Positions 38,745 through 48,846 of a DNA stretch of 60,343 nucleotides are shown here, piece after piece. Source of the DNA: a virus. Lineage: Duplodnaviria; Caudoviricetes. Every line of letters starts with the position of its first letter. Positions within the stretch are counted from its first letter, which is position 1. The position numbers and the translations under genes were made by a program. The DNA lies in the IMG/VR virus record IMGVR_UViG_3300027813_000013, positions 1 to 60,343 of that record; one strand, written 5' to 3'. Under the pieces are notes generated by a model. That model did no database searches. It was given only the letters and a program-made list of their open reading frames with translations, and was not told the DNA's origin.

Positions 38745-38981
38745 CTATGAAAGTCTTCCCTTACATATTGCCGATCCAGAACCAGCAATAGGACCTGATC
38801 CAGTACCAGCAAAAGTTCCTGTAACAACAGTAGTTACTGGAGTAGTAACATCTGCGGCAATTACATAAGTGTGTATTGCAGTGGCTATTAATTCAGCAAC
38901 TTTCTCTTCTGATCCAGCCGCAGATCCAAGTTTAAATGCGGCCTTTATATTAGTTTTTAATGTTTCAATTTCTAGTGGCAT
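38745..38981 (-). CDS. Small baseplate/spike-associated protein (putative)
   Basis: 78 aa with a GGAG RBS; helix AELIATAIHTYV followed by a Gly-rich beta hairpin. Sits at the gp5.4 position, without a PAAR motif. Confidence 0.5.
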   Translation of the reverse strand: MPLEIETLKTNIKAAFKLGSAAGSEEKVAELIATAIHTYVIAADVTTPVTTVVTGTFAGTGSGPIAGSGSAICKGRLS

Positions 38982-38989
38982 AATATCTC

Positions 38990-41900
38990 CTATGCAGTTG
39001 TAAATGAATTAAAATATGTTACAGTTGTCGTCAATGCTTTTCCGCCTTCATTTGTTCCTCCTACAGTAGCTCCAACTCTCACATAATATTGAGTAGATGT
39101 GTCTAATCTAGTGGAATTGTCATTTGTCGTTATGTCCCAATAGTCGCCAATAGTATGTCCAGTGGTTGAATCAAATTTAATCGATATACCATCCGCTAAG
39201 TATTGTACTCCTCCGGTTATGGAGATTTGCTCAACCCAGTTGGTGTCAGGAACAGCTTTGGCTTGCCACATAAATACATCTGCACCGCCTGGTGTCGAGA
39301 ATATTTGCACTCGATAAATATCACCTGCACTATTTCCCTCATAAACTCCACTATACGTTGCATCATTTAATCCAGATCCAGAAAATGTAGTTAGACCATA
39401 GCGGGTCACTCCAAGCTGAATCTTTATTTGTGTTCCATATGTACCACATGTTGTAAGAGAGCCGTCACCGAGAGCAATTGTTCCTGAAGAAAAATCTGAA
39501 ACAGTCCCTAACTCTATTTCTGCATCCAAAGCAAAAGTTGACAAACTAGGAACTTCATTAAAATGTATAATAACAGGAGTTCCTCTTGCTATTCTTGAAG
39601 ATTGATTTGGCATAGATACAGAAGTTCCTGTTCCCAATTCTATTTCTTGTCCGTCTGGTGTAAAAACAGAAGCATTTATTGCTTTAAAATCAACATCTGT
39701 AACAGTATTAGCATAATTCGAAGGAGCAAAATTACTGGCCAGATTCATATCACCTTTATTTTTTGCTGTATCTGTTACCCTAGCATATAGATTTTTACTC
39801 TGTGTTAACTGTAAATTTGTATTTGACAATATTGCTGGTTGAAATTCAAATACAGTATCATTATTTGAACTAGAAAAAGTTGGACTCAATGGTATTGTAT
39901 TTTGAAAATTACTATCATAAGAAAGTAAAACATTATAAGATGTTCTAACCAGAGAATCTGCGCTATTAAAATCAATGCTTTCAACATTCATTGTTTGATT
40001 AAATGTAACAGTAAGATTTGAATTCTCATCAATACCTGTTTGATTTCCATCTATAGGAGACACTAAAACCGAATTCTTACTAAAAAACACATTTGCTACA
40101 ATTCCAGTTGTTGCAGTTTTTAGTCCTGGTCCTACTATTCCTTCACTACCTGAACTACTTGCAAAAGTATACCCATTCGATGTTCTTCCTACAATTCTTT
40201 CTGCACTAGAATTTGCAGATACAAATTCATCATCTGGAGTGGTCTTTCTATAAACTAGTTTTCTGGTTCCTGTAGTAAAAGAAATAACGTTTCCTTCTGG
40301 AGGAGTCGTAATTCCATACCTATCAATTGTAAAATCGGGACCAGCAAATACTTTACACACTTCTCCAGGAGTAAGGGGTATAATGGCCCCATCTTCACCA
40401 GGCAATTCTGTATATCTAAGGGTTTGTATTGCTCCTGAATCTTCAGTAAAATCTAAAACCCTCCCTTTACCTTTTGATGTTAGTCCTAAAAAGGTATCTC
40501 CAGCAGTTAATCCTATAGCAGGTGTTCCTGTATTCGCAATAATCTGTAACTGTCTAACTCCTGATATAGTTTCCCCTGGAACATAATAATTTTCTGTATC
40601 TGCAGGAATTGCATTTACTGTAAGAACTTTTGCAGAACTAACATTTGCTGTTAACATTTGATTTCGTTCTGGTGAAGCATCAGATACACCTTTAGCAACC
40701 TTTAATGTATAAATGCTATTTGCAGATAAGTTTGCTATGGGGGTAAACTTAAAAGTATCATTCTCATTATCAGTTGATGTTACAACTGGAATCGTAGACA
40801 TTTGAACAACAGTATCGTAATTATCAGAAGACAGTTGTACTGTGCCTGTAGGTACTGTACTTGTTGTTGCAGTTGATATTGTATCTATATTCATGGCTTC
40901 AGAAAATTGAACTAATATAGATTCAGCATCAAGATCAATATCAACTGCTTGATAATCATCGGGAGAAGTTATTTCAGATACAGTATTACTTTCTAAAACC
41001 ATTCCTGCAACACCATCAGTTCCTGCACTTGTAAAAGATATTTTTCTAATTTCTGGCGGTTCTTCATCTTTGGAGAAAACTGTTTCTTGACCAGTTGTTG
41101 GATCTATAACAGATACTCCAGTAGTAATTCCTATAGTTGTTGTATATTCATAGATACTGGATGTTTGTCCCAAATCTTGGATATCTGTTTTTGCTTTTAT
41201 TTTGTATCGATGTCTCGGTTCAAGAATTTCAGGAACAACTGCAAATACAGAATTACCCGCACTTGCTGTCACAGAAACACAATTTACAAGATACACAAAA
41301 CCAGAATCTGATAATTGTATTGTACTTGAAGCAGAATCTTGTTGATATGCAAATGAAGTAGAAGTTACAAAATCCCCTGTTGATCCATTTGCTGAAATTA
41401 AATGAGTATTGTTTGCAACCGTAATACTGCTTGTATTCATAGATTGACTAAAATTTACGAATATAGCATTATATCTTTCTGCATAAGTGACACCACTATC
41501 ATAGCTAATTTGAAGTTTAGGATTTCCAGGAGCAGGACTTTGAGTAGTTTCAGGAACATCTGAACCTAAATCATACTGAAAAGTATTTGATGTTGGAACA
41601 AGTAATACTGATATTGTCTTATTATAAATCGCTTGAGTAGAATCAACAATTTTTATGAGACTTCCAGTAGATAAGTTGTGATAATGATTTGTAGATACAA
41701 GAGCAATAGTTCCTTTTCTTGTAATTTGTGTAACTTTCAATTTTCTTGCAACCGATTCACCGTCTCCAGGAAAAGTAGAATTTACTTTTGGTGCAGAAGA
41801 ATGAAAGGGATGTACATTATGATCAGGAGAGGTATTCGCCTTTATGTGAAATCTAATATCATTAGTAGAAGTTGAAACATCAACTATAGAATTATTAACA

Positions 41901-43213
41901 AAAACATCAGTTGAGATTTTACCATTCGTATCAACAGGAACATATGATATAGTTGAACCACTGGATTTTATTAGTTTTCCTTTTGCGGTTGAAGCAACTG
42001 TTGTACTATCTTTAATTGTAGAAAAAGTATTATTCAATGAACCACTAGACAAATTATTGGTTTTCTTATGAGGAACAGATAATACTTTTTTTCTTATAGT
42101 ATAGGTGGTCGGAGTGGACAACCCATCTGTTTCAGACCATACCAATAAATCGTCTTTATTCACATTTCTATAATAATTCAATCCACCAGCACTACTTCCT
42201 GTGCCATCCACAGGAATAGAAAATGTATCTGCTGTAATTTTTGTTATTGTATATTCTCCTGTATTAACTACATTTCCGCTTACTACATCATAAACTTCTA
42301 TTTTATCATCATCAATTAAATCATGAGTTGTACTAGAAACAACTATAGGATTTGTAGCAGTATAAGAGACATTCATCCTATACGAATCAGGCTCTAATTG
42401 ATATGTTAATTTCGTTCCATCTATAGATCTAATTTTTAAAGCAGTTGCTCCAGAAGCTGTTGTTTCACCTGTCCGATATAAACTCATAGTATCTTCACTC
42501 TCAAACTTTGGATGGGATGCTGTATCGAGATCAGGGCTTTTTTCGGATAAAAGTAACGAGGCAGGTTCAATTTGCATCGAAAATCCCTCATAATAATCAT
42601 TTGTAGTCACAAAACTTTTTGTATTATCAGTAACAAAACCCCTCTCTGTACTATAACTAATTTTTGTTCCAGATACATCAAGTAAATTATCAGTATCTAT
42701 TTTTAAAAAATAAGTTGTGTTAGACGAAAGATTTGCTTTTGGTGTAAGGGCATACGTTTGATCATCAGATGTTTCTGCAATAGAAGACATTTCTACAAAT
42801 TTATCAATTGTGATGGAATTCCACGCGGAGTCTGGTAAAGAAGTCAATTTTAAGGCTTGTAGATTATTACCATCAGTAATGGATGCTGTTGATTCGTGGC
42901 CATAAACAACATGTGTTAGACCAATAGTTCCTTTTTGATTTTGAAGAGCAACAGGCAATTTAGTATCTTTATTGAAGGTCTTGACAGAATTTTTATCAAC
43001 ATCTTGTGAAAATTTTATAGAAATTTTACTATCAATATCAGTAAAAATAGAACCATTTTTTAAATCATCATTAGAATAATGATCTGTTCCCATATGACCA
43101 GATGATCCTGCATTTTGCCAATCTTCACCGTGATTATAATAATATGTTCCCGAAGCGCCAGCACTTCCACTTGATGTAAAGGTTCCTGTTCTAGAAATTG
43201 CATTATTAGCCAT
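38990..43213 (-). CDS. Large virion protein with multiple bacterial Ig-like (Big_5/SbsA-like) domains
   Basis: Repeated I.V.FS..MN..S(I/V) ... F.P..NL..N..Y.L.V....D motifs (FSQDVD, FSQSMN, FSEAMN, FNQTMN, FNEVPS). Confidence 0.7.
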   Translation of the reverse strand: MANNAISRTGTFTSSGSAGASGTYYYNHGEDWQNAGSSGHMGTDHYSNDDLKNGSIFTDIDSKISIKFSQDVDKNSVKTFNKDTKLPVALQNQKGTIGLTHVVYGHESTASITDGNNLQALKLTSLPDSAWNSITIDKFVEMSSIAETSDDQTYALTPKANLSSNTTYFLKIDTDNLLDVSGTKISYSTERGFVTDNTKSFVTTNDYYEGFSMQIEPASLLLSEKSPDLDTASHPKFESEDTMSLYRTGETTASGATALKIRSIDGTKLTYQLEPDSYRMNVSYTATNPIVVSSTTHDLIDDDKIEVYDVVSGNVVNTGEYTITKITADTFSIPVDGTGSSAGGLNYYRNVNKDDLLVWSETDGLSTPTTYTIRKKVLSVPHKKTNNLSSGSLNNTFSTIKDSTTVASTAKGKLIKSSGSTISYVPVDTNGKISTDVFVNNSIVDVSTSTNDIRFHIKANTSPDHNVHPFHSSAPKVNSTFPGDGESVARKLKVTQITRKGTIALVSTNHYHNLSTGSLIKIVDSTQAIYNKTISVLLVPTSNTFQYDLGSDVPETTQSPAPGNPKLQISYDSGVTYAERYNAIFVNFSQSMNTSSITVANNTHLISANGSTGDFVTSTSFAYQQDSASSTIQLSDSGFVYLVNCVSVTASAGNSVFAVVPEILEPRHRYKIKAKTDIQDLGQTSSIYEYTTTIGITTGVSVIDPTTGQETVFSKDEEPPEIRKISFTSAGTDGVAGMVLESNTVSEITSPDDYQAVDIDLDAESILVQFSEAMNIDTISTATTSTVPTGTVQLSSDNYDTVVQMSTIPVVTSTDNENDTFKFTPIANLSANSIYTLKVAKGVSDASPERNQMLTANVSSAKVLTVNAIPADTENYYVPGETISGVRQLQIIANTGTPAIGLTAGDTFLGLTSKGKGRVLDFTEDSGAIQTLRYTELPGEDGAIIPLTPGEVCKVFAGPDFTIDRYGITTPPEGNVISFTTGTRKLVYRKTTPDDEFVSANSSAERIVGRTSNGYTFASSSGSEGIVGPGLKTATTGIVANVFFSKNSVLVSPIDGNQTGIDENSNLTVTFNQTMNVESIDFNSADSLVRTSYNVLLSYDSNFQNTIPLSPTFSSSNNDTVFEFQPAILSNTNLQLTQSKNLYARVTDTAKNKGDMNLASNFAPSNYANTVTDVDFKAINASVFTPDGQEIELGTGTSVSMPNQSSRIARGTPVIIHFNEVPSLSTFALDAEIELGTVSDFSSGTIALGDGSLTTCGTYGTQIKIQLGVTRYGLTTFSGSGLNDATYSGVYEGNSAGDIYRVQIFSTPGGADVFMWQAKAVPDTNWVEQISITGGVQYLADGISIKFDSTTGHTIGDYWDITTNDNSTRLDTSTQYYVRVGATVGGTNEGGKALTTTVTYFNSFTTA

Positions 43214-46200
43214 TATATCAATTCTCCAGATTCTACAGTTACAGGGTTTATATCAAATCCAATATTAAGATTTTTTCTTTCTTTTATTGATTGTCCTTCA
43301 AGACTTATAATACTCGTTTGAACTACAACTTTATAGAGGTTTGTCGTGCTTGTTCTTGGCATTGGATCTTTAGTTTTTAAATCTATATTAAAAAATTCTT
43401 TCTCAAATATACCATTTTCATCAGCCGGAGAACTTGCCTCAAAACTAGTTTTCGGCTGTTGTGAAAATTGATAAAAAGTAGTATCAGCAGAAAAGCTGGA
43501 ACGAGTTATTCCCTCATTGGCACCAAAAGTTCCTTGATACAATGCAATTGCATCATTTTTTGTAGGTGTTCCTGAAAAAAGAAGATTTCCCATTTGAATT
43601 TTTGGTGAAAATTCTACAGTTCTCTCCATCTGGGTATTAATTGCATTGCGATCAGCTTTACTTAATTCATTAGCATCATTTGTAAATTTAATTCTTATAG
43701 TTCCATCATCATCTAATTTCGATAATCTCTCTATTTCTATCCAATTACCGTCTTTATCTTGTCCTTGTATCTCATATACATATGGTACTATTTTTTGAGC
43801 AATGCTATCATCTTTATCAAATAAATTTGCAAGAAATCCTTTTCCAAGAGTTTCCAATGCACCAAAGCTATCCATGAATTTATCAAATTTTGATATGTCA
43901 GGACCTTGAGCAAAAAACACAATAGCACCAGAATATTTTAAATTATCAAGTTCACTTAATGCCTTAGGAATGCCATCAGGCTCTATTTCTTGTTCTTGTA
44001 TACTTGGTCTTAAAACTTTTCTTTTTACTTTTTTATCTAATCCAGTAAAAGGATCTTGTATTACGGTTTCTGATTCAACTGTTTCCAGACTTATTTCATG
44101 TACTTTATTTTTTGCAGTTTGTATTGCTTTTATGTTCGACAATTTCTTTTTAAAATCACCAATTCCATCTCCACTAAATTGTGCCGAATAAAGACCTGCC
44201 GCATTTAATCCCTTAGAGAAAAATGCGATCAATTGTTGAATTTGATCATTCAATCTTTGTATTGCTACTATCTGTCTTTCTAAAAATGCTATGTATGCAT
44301 CTATTGATTTAGCTATAGATTCAACTTGTTTTTTGAATCCTTTTACCATACCGATTGCTTGGTCTATGGTTGCACCATATGCTGGAAATAAATCCGAAAC
44401 TCTTATATATTTCCAATTAGGTGAAAGATTTTTACTAGATGCTAACAATTGAAACGGTTGATTGGGAGGACCATCAACACCAGCTTTTCCAGAAGGTATT
44501 TTCGTTTTCCAAGAATATACTACACCGTCTGGTGGAGATATTGCTTTTTTAACATCAATGAAATTTCCCAAATCTGTTGTATATGTTCCGTCAAAATTTA
44601 AAAATCCCAATTCAATCTCAAGAGACTTCATTCCAGTAGGTTTCGGTGATGCTTGAGGATTGACATTAGGGTTGGGATAAGTAAAAAGTTTTTCTTTTGT
44701 TAAGTCGTCCATGCTTTCTATAGGCACCCCATCAACTTTAATGTTAGCAACATGCCATTGTACACCTATTGACGGAAACACATCTAATAATTTACCATAA
44801 TTAAATTCAAATTTCTTATCTACACCCAAACTTGCATCATAACCTTTTAAATTTCTATCGGATAGATCAAATGGTTGCAAATATTGATGATCAATTATCG
44901 CTCCTTTTTTAAGTTCTCGTATAAACCTCATATAAGAGTTTATGACAAGTTGACTATTGCCGCCTCCCAGTAAGATGTTAAGTCCTTTTATAAAACTACC
45001 GGCCGATTCACATTCAGTTCTAATTTCATTCCCCCATGTACCCGTGGGTATGATTTCTGATATGGTAGTACTGCCTTCTCTAATTGTTCCAAAAAATGTA
45101 CCAGTTGATTTTGGAATTGGTTTTTCTAATGTATCTGTTCTAAAAATTGCATATTCTTCTTTAGGAACATATTCTTTTGAAATTGCTCGGACAATTGGTG
45201 ATGTGGCCGAATTAAGGGGTTTATGATTTGTTCTTTGAAGTTCGCCTCTGACACTTTTTACTTTAACACTATTTTGTATAACCATGCCATTTAGAATAAC
45301 TATTGGAAGATGTTCAATAACTTCAGCGGAAAAACTACTAACTCCTAATATTCCCCCCTCTTGAACGATTTTTTGACCTGGTTTAAACATGGGTATTTTA
45401 AATTTCTTATCGCTTTCATGTACCCCATTTTTATATGTTCCATCTTTAAGACCTGTTCTTGGCTTAAAATCACCAAGCTCATAAAACCATTCTGATGTCG
45501 CCAAAGCCTGACTCTGCTGATACTCTGCTTCCCCAGACTCTTCCCAACCATTAATAGCTGACCAGGTCCTGGTATCTTTAAGTACTGAATTATGAAGAGG
45601 TTCTCCTAACGAAATAGTCTTTTTTGTATCATCTAATTTATTCGAAGGATTGAGTAAGACAGGAAACAATTCATCGCCTATAACAGAACCAAAATAATCC
45701 GCAAATGATTGTACAATTTGAATTACATCATTAATTGTTGGAAGAGTGAACATAATCATAAATGCTTTATAGGGACCAGAACCTGTTGGTTTATTACCAT
45801 CTGGACTAGACCCCGATAAAGAATCTATTATTTTATTTACGCAATCTTCAGGGGTTAATTCTTTAACTAATAGATTTTTCTGTGTAACATCAATTGATGT
45901 AAAAAGCGCATCTTTCGCTCCTTCAACAATTTGTCCAGTCAATGATTGACCAAGAGACTCTTGAGTTATACCCATTCCAGGATGCCATCCTGCTTGGCGT
46001 TTGGCGGCATCCGCGGCAGTATCAGTATAAAAAACAGAAGAACCTTTCCATAATTCTGGATGAAAAAAATTACGAATACCCATCAACGTATCATAAACTG
46101 CGGTTTTTGTCAGAACAGGACGTCCCCTCTCGATGGTAAGCAATTCTTGACCAGGAGTAAGTAGAGACTCTCCATTTTTTGTTTTTACAAAGGTACCACG

Positions 46201-46641
46201 TTCACTATAACCAACTGCCGTTGCATCAAGTCCCGACATGGCGGCAACAAGACCAAGTACTGCTTCATCTAATTTATCCGTGTTCAATGGTTGAGGATAT
46301 GTTCCATCTTTCCAGGGCCAAACACTAACACTACCAAATCCTAAAGCATCCATTTCTTCAAGTGCTTCTATCAAAGCATCAATAGTCTCAATTAAAGCCG
46401 CAACAAGAGGATTTTTAAAAGCCTGTAAAAATAATTTTGTTGCTTGAAAAAACTGAATTAACGTGTCTGAAACTCTTGAAAATTCAGCACCAAATGCACT
46501 TAATCCTTCTAAAAATGCATTCATCGCATCACCTGCAGATCCACCGAACGGAGAACCCTCCATTTGTTTTAAATAAACATCATCTCCTGTTTGAGAAGTC
46601 CCAGGATCTGTACTTTCTTTTGTTGGGACAGCTTCAGCCAT
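43213..46641 (-). CDS. Large hypothetical protein in the spike locus
   Basis: 1142-aa ORF coupled to its neighbours, with two long amphipathic helical segments. No family recognised. Confidence 0.6.
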   Translation of the reverse strand: MAEAVPTKESTDPGTSQTGDDVYLKQMEGSPFGGSAGDAMNAFLEGLSAFGAEFSRVSDTLIQFFQATKLFLQAFKNPLVAALIETIDALIEALEEMDALGFGSVSVWPWKDGTYPQPLNTDKLDEAVLGLVAAMSGLDATAVGYSERGTFVKTKNGESLLTPGQELLTIERGRPVLTKTAVYDTLMGIRNFFHPELWKGSSVFYTDTAADAAKRQAGWHPGMGITQESLGQSLTGQIVEGAKDALFTSIDVTQKNLLVKELTPEDCVNKIIDSLSGSSPDGNKPTGSGPYKAFMIMFTLPTINDVIQIVQSFADYFGSVIGDELFPVLLNPSNKLDDTKKTISLGEPLHNSVLKDTRTWSAINGWEESGEAEYQQSQALATSEWFYELGDFKPRTGLKDGTYKNGVHESDKKFKIPMFKPGQKIVQEGGILGVSSFSAEVIEHLPIVILNGMVIQNSVKVKSVRGELQRTNHKPLNSATSPIVRAISKEYVPKEEYAIFRTDTLEKPIPKSTGTFFGTIREGSTTISEIIPTGTWGNEIRTECESAGSFIKGLNILLGGGNSQLVINSYMRFIRELKKGAIIDHQYLQPFDLSDRNLKGYDASLGVDKKFEFNYGKLLDVFPSIGVQWHVANIKVDGVPIESMDDLTKEKLFTYPNPNVNPQASPKPTGMKSLEIELGFLNFDGTYTTDLGNFIDVKKAISPPDGVVYSWKTKIPSGKAGVDGPPNQPFQLLASSKNLSPNWKYIRVSDLFPAYGATIDQAIGMVKGFKKQVESIAKSIDAYIAFLERQIVAIQRLNDQIQQLIAFFSKGLNAAGLYSAQFSGDGIGDFKKKLSNIKAIQTAKNKVHEISLETVESETVIQDPFTGLDKKVKRKVLRPSIQEQEIEPDGIPKALSELDNLKYSGAIVFFAQGPDISKFDKFMDSFGALETLGKGFLANLFDKDDSIAQKIVPYVYEIQGQDKDGNWIEIERLSKLDDDGTIRIKFTNDANELSKADRNAINTQMERTVEFSPKIQMGNLLFSGTPTKNDAIALYQGTFGANEGITRSSFSADTTFYQFSQQPKTSFEASSPADENGIFEKEFFNIDLKTKDPMPRTSTTNLYKVVVQTSIISLEGQSIKERKNLNIGFDINPVTVESGELI

Positions 46642-46804
46642 TATTTTCCATTTCTTTTAATTGTTGTGCTTTAGCAGTATCTAGTTGAATTTTTAAAAAT
46701 GATATGTAATCATTATTAAAATCTTTAACTTTGCCTAAAAGTTCTACCATATTTTTGTTAACTATTGGTTTTTGTTCTAAAACAACTTCTTCTTTTTTAT
46801 TCAT
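46634..46804 (-). CDS. Small hypothetical protein (56 aa), not in the ORF track
   Basis: MNKKEEVVLEQKPIVNKNMVELLGKVKDFNNDYISFLKIQLDTAKAQQLKEMENNG. ATGA overlap with the gp5 stop; it fills the gap and overlaps the next start. Confidence 0.7.
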   Translation of the reverse strand: MNKKEEVVLEQKPIVNKNMVELLGKVKDFNNDYISFLKIQLDTAKAQQLKEMENNG

Positions 46805-48846
46805 GCTTGAAACACCTTATCTATTTCTGCATCAAATTGCATAATTTCACTCATATTCGATGCTGGACCACTTGGACCAGCAGGAGTTGGATGAGTCATA
46901 TTTTGTAATGACATTGATAATTTTTTTAATAAAGTATGTATATTGGAAGCCTTGTTCCCCATAGAAATAAGCCCCCCCGCATCCATTTTAATATTAACAC
47001 TTGAATTTTTAATTTCTATATCTGTCTTAGCTTCAACAGAAAAATTTGTTCCTGCTGTTAGTTCAATCTTTCCTATACCCGCCCAAATCTCAACATCACC
47101 CGCATAAGTAGTAACATCCAGTCCACTTGCACTTAATTCTAAAGATGATGCTGATCCTGAAGGACCACTATGTAATTTAATCGGCATAGCTGGGGATGAG
47201 GCCTCAAAAGTAATTGGTTTTAATACACATACTTTTTTTATTCCCGCACCAAAGATACCCTTTACGATTTCATTTGAACTTCCTTCTACTGTTACTTCAC
47301 AATCTGCTCCTATATTCGTTTTAGAACTTCCCGAAACAACTTGTTCGTGATTCTTGGCTTGTAATTGAAAATCACCATACTCTTGTACACAGCTTTCACC
47401 AGTCATCGTTATTGGCCTTGATTCGTCTCCAGCGGCCATTGCCATTTGTTCTAATGAAAATTTTGATTGTCCTTTAGCTGTTCCAATGATTGTAAGATTT
47501 CTTGCTTTAATAGTCATTTCACCATCTTTTAGATCAACATTATAATTTCCTTTAGTCACTTCCATATTTACATCGCCATCTCCAGCAAATTTTATATGAT
47601 TACTCCCACCACTTCTAGAATTATAAACATGGTTCATTGATCCTTCAACATGTTTTATCTCATCACCATAAATGTGAGAATGAACATCTGAGTCACAAAG
47701 AGAATAAGATTTACCAACAGTATTATCGACCCTAGAACCGTCAGGTAAAAATTCAAGAAAACTTTGAGTCCTATGAAGTAGTCTAACCCTTTCTCCTCCC
47801 GGAGTATCATCTAATTCAAATAGATGTCCACTTTCAGTATATGTAACATGATTATAAGGATATTCAGGATTAAAACCGTTTGGAGGTATAGCCCAAGGAG
47901 CTTCATCTTTTGCCGCTTTTTCAATTCCTGTATGCAAATTTGACTGAGTTGCACCCAAACTTCCTACGATTCTATGAGCCGCCATTTCAACTTGAGATTG
48001 AGGATGAGTAGAAGATTTTGGATCACTTCTATTCAGTTTTCTTGAAGTGGCATACTCATCTAAAAACTTTACTCTATTTAAACCAAGCAAATTTGTTGCA
48101 GGTAAAGACATAATTGGTACACCATTCCCATCAAATATAATTCTATTTTCATCAGGATTTCTAGAAAATACCTGAGAAGTCATCATCGGAGAATTATTTT
48201 TGGAAGGAAAAGCCAAAATCGATCCCCGAGGCCCCCCGAACAGGACACCAGATTCTCTTTTATAGATATTTGCTTGAATTTTCGAGTCATCTTCATTTTT
48301 TCCAAACCAAATTCTTCCACCTTTCATCGGAGTTTCCCCTACAAAATCATAATGTTCTTCATTCGCAAAACTTTGACCGTGTTCTATAACTTTTGCAGGA
48401 ATACCTGTAATAAATCTATCAATATAAAGAGGAGGGTAGGGGGCATTTCGTCTTTCATAGATTGATCTAGAATCGTTAAATCCTCTATCAGGATTTGCAA
48501 TATTTTCAGGTATACCCCCAGATGTTCCTAAGACAACTGGTTCTTGTGCTTCTCTTCCATCTCTAAAAAATCCGAATACATGAGTTCCTTCTACTAATCC
48601 AGTAGGAGTAGTTCCAATTCCAGATATTGCCGCCGAGGTTACTGGCTGAATAATATCCGCCCAAGGAAGATCACCTGTTGGTATTAGTGTTTTATCATCT
48701 GTATGAAATCCAATACATCTTACCTTAACTCTTCCAAGAAAAAGCGGATCTTTTCTATTTTCAACAACACCATAGAACCAGACAAAACCTTCTGTTCCCA
48801 TAAAATCTTTTACATCATTATCGTTTAAAATAGTTGAACTATTCAT
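46801..48846 (-). CDS. gp5: Baseplate hub / central spike protein, no recognisable lysozyme domain
   Basis: OB-fold FVWFYGVVENRKDPLFLGRVKVRC.G.H...LPWA..GFFRDG..AQEPVV; YPYNHV..TESGH.FE.DDTPGGER; beta-helical C-terminal part. Confidence 0.93.
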   Translation of the reverse strand: MNSSTILNDNDVKDFMGTEGFVWFYGVVENRKDPLFLGRVKVRCIGFHTDDKTLIPTGDLPWADIIQPVTSAAISGIGTTPTGLVEGTHVFGFFRDGREAQEPVVLGTSGGIPENIANPDRGFNDSRSIYERRNAPYPPLYIDRFITGIPAKVIEHGQSFANEEHYDFVGETPMKGGRIWFGKNEDDSKIQANIYKRESGVLFGGPRGSILAFPSKNNSPMMTSQVFSRNPDENRIIFDGNGVPIMSLPATNLLGLNRVKFLDEYATSRKLNRSDPKSSTHPQSQVEMAAHRIVGSLGATQSNLHTGIEKAAKDEAPWAIPPNGFNPEYPYNHVTYTESGHLFELDDTPGGERVRLLHRTQSFLEFLPDGSRVDNTVGKSYSLCDSDVHSHIYGDEIKHVEGSMNHVYNSRSGGSNHIKFAGDGDVNMEVTKGNYNVDLKDGEMTIKARNLTIIGTAKGQSKFSLEQMAMAAGDESRPITMTGESCVQEYGDFQLQAKNHEQVVSGSSKTNIGADCEVTVEGSSNEIVKGIFGAGIKKVCVLKPITFEASSPAMPIKLHSGPSGSASSLELSASGLDVTTYAGDVEIWAGIGKIELTAGTNFSVEAKTDIEIKNSSVNIKMDAGGLISMGNKASNIHTLLKKLSMSLQNMTHPTPAGPSGPASNMSEIMQFDAEIDKVFQA

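Noticed and set aside
38723-38827. ORF-track N-terminal extension of gp25
   Set aside because: It overlaps the 78-aa gene. ATG 38722 follows a late-promoter motif and fits better.
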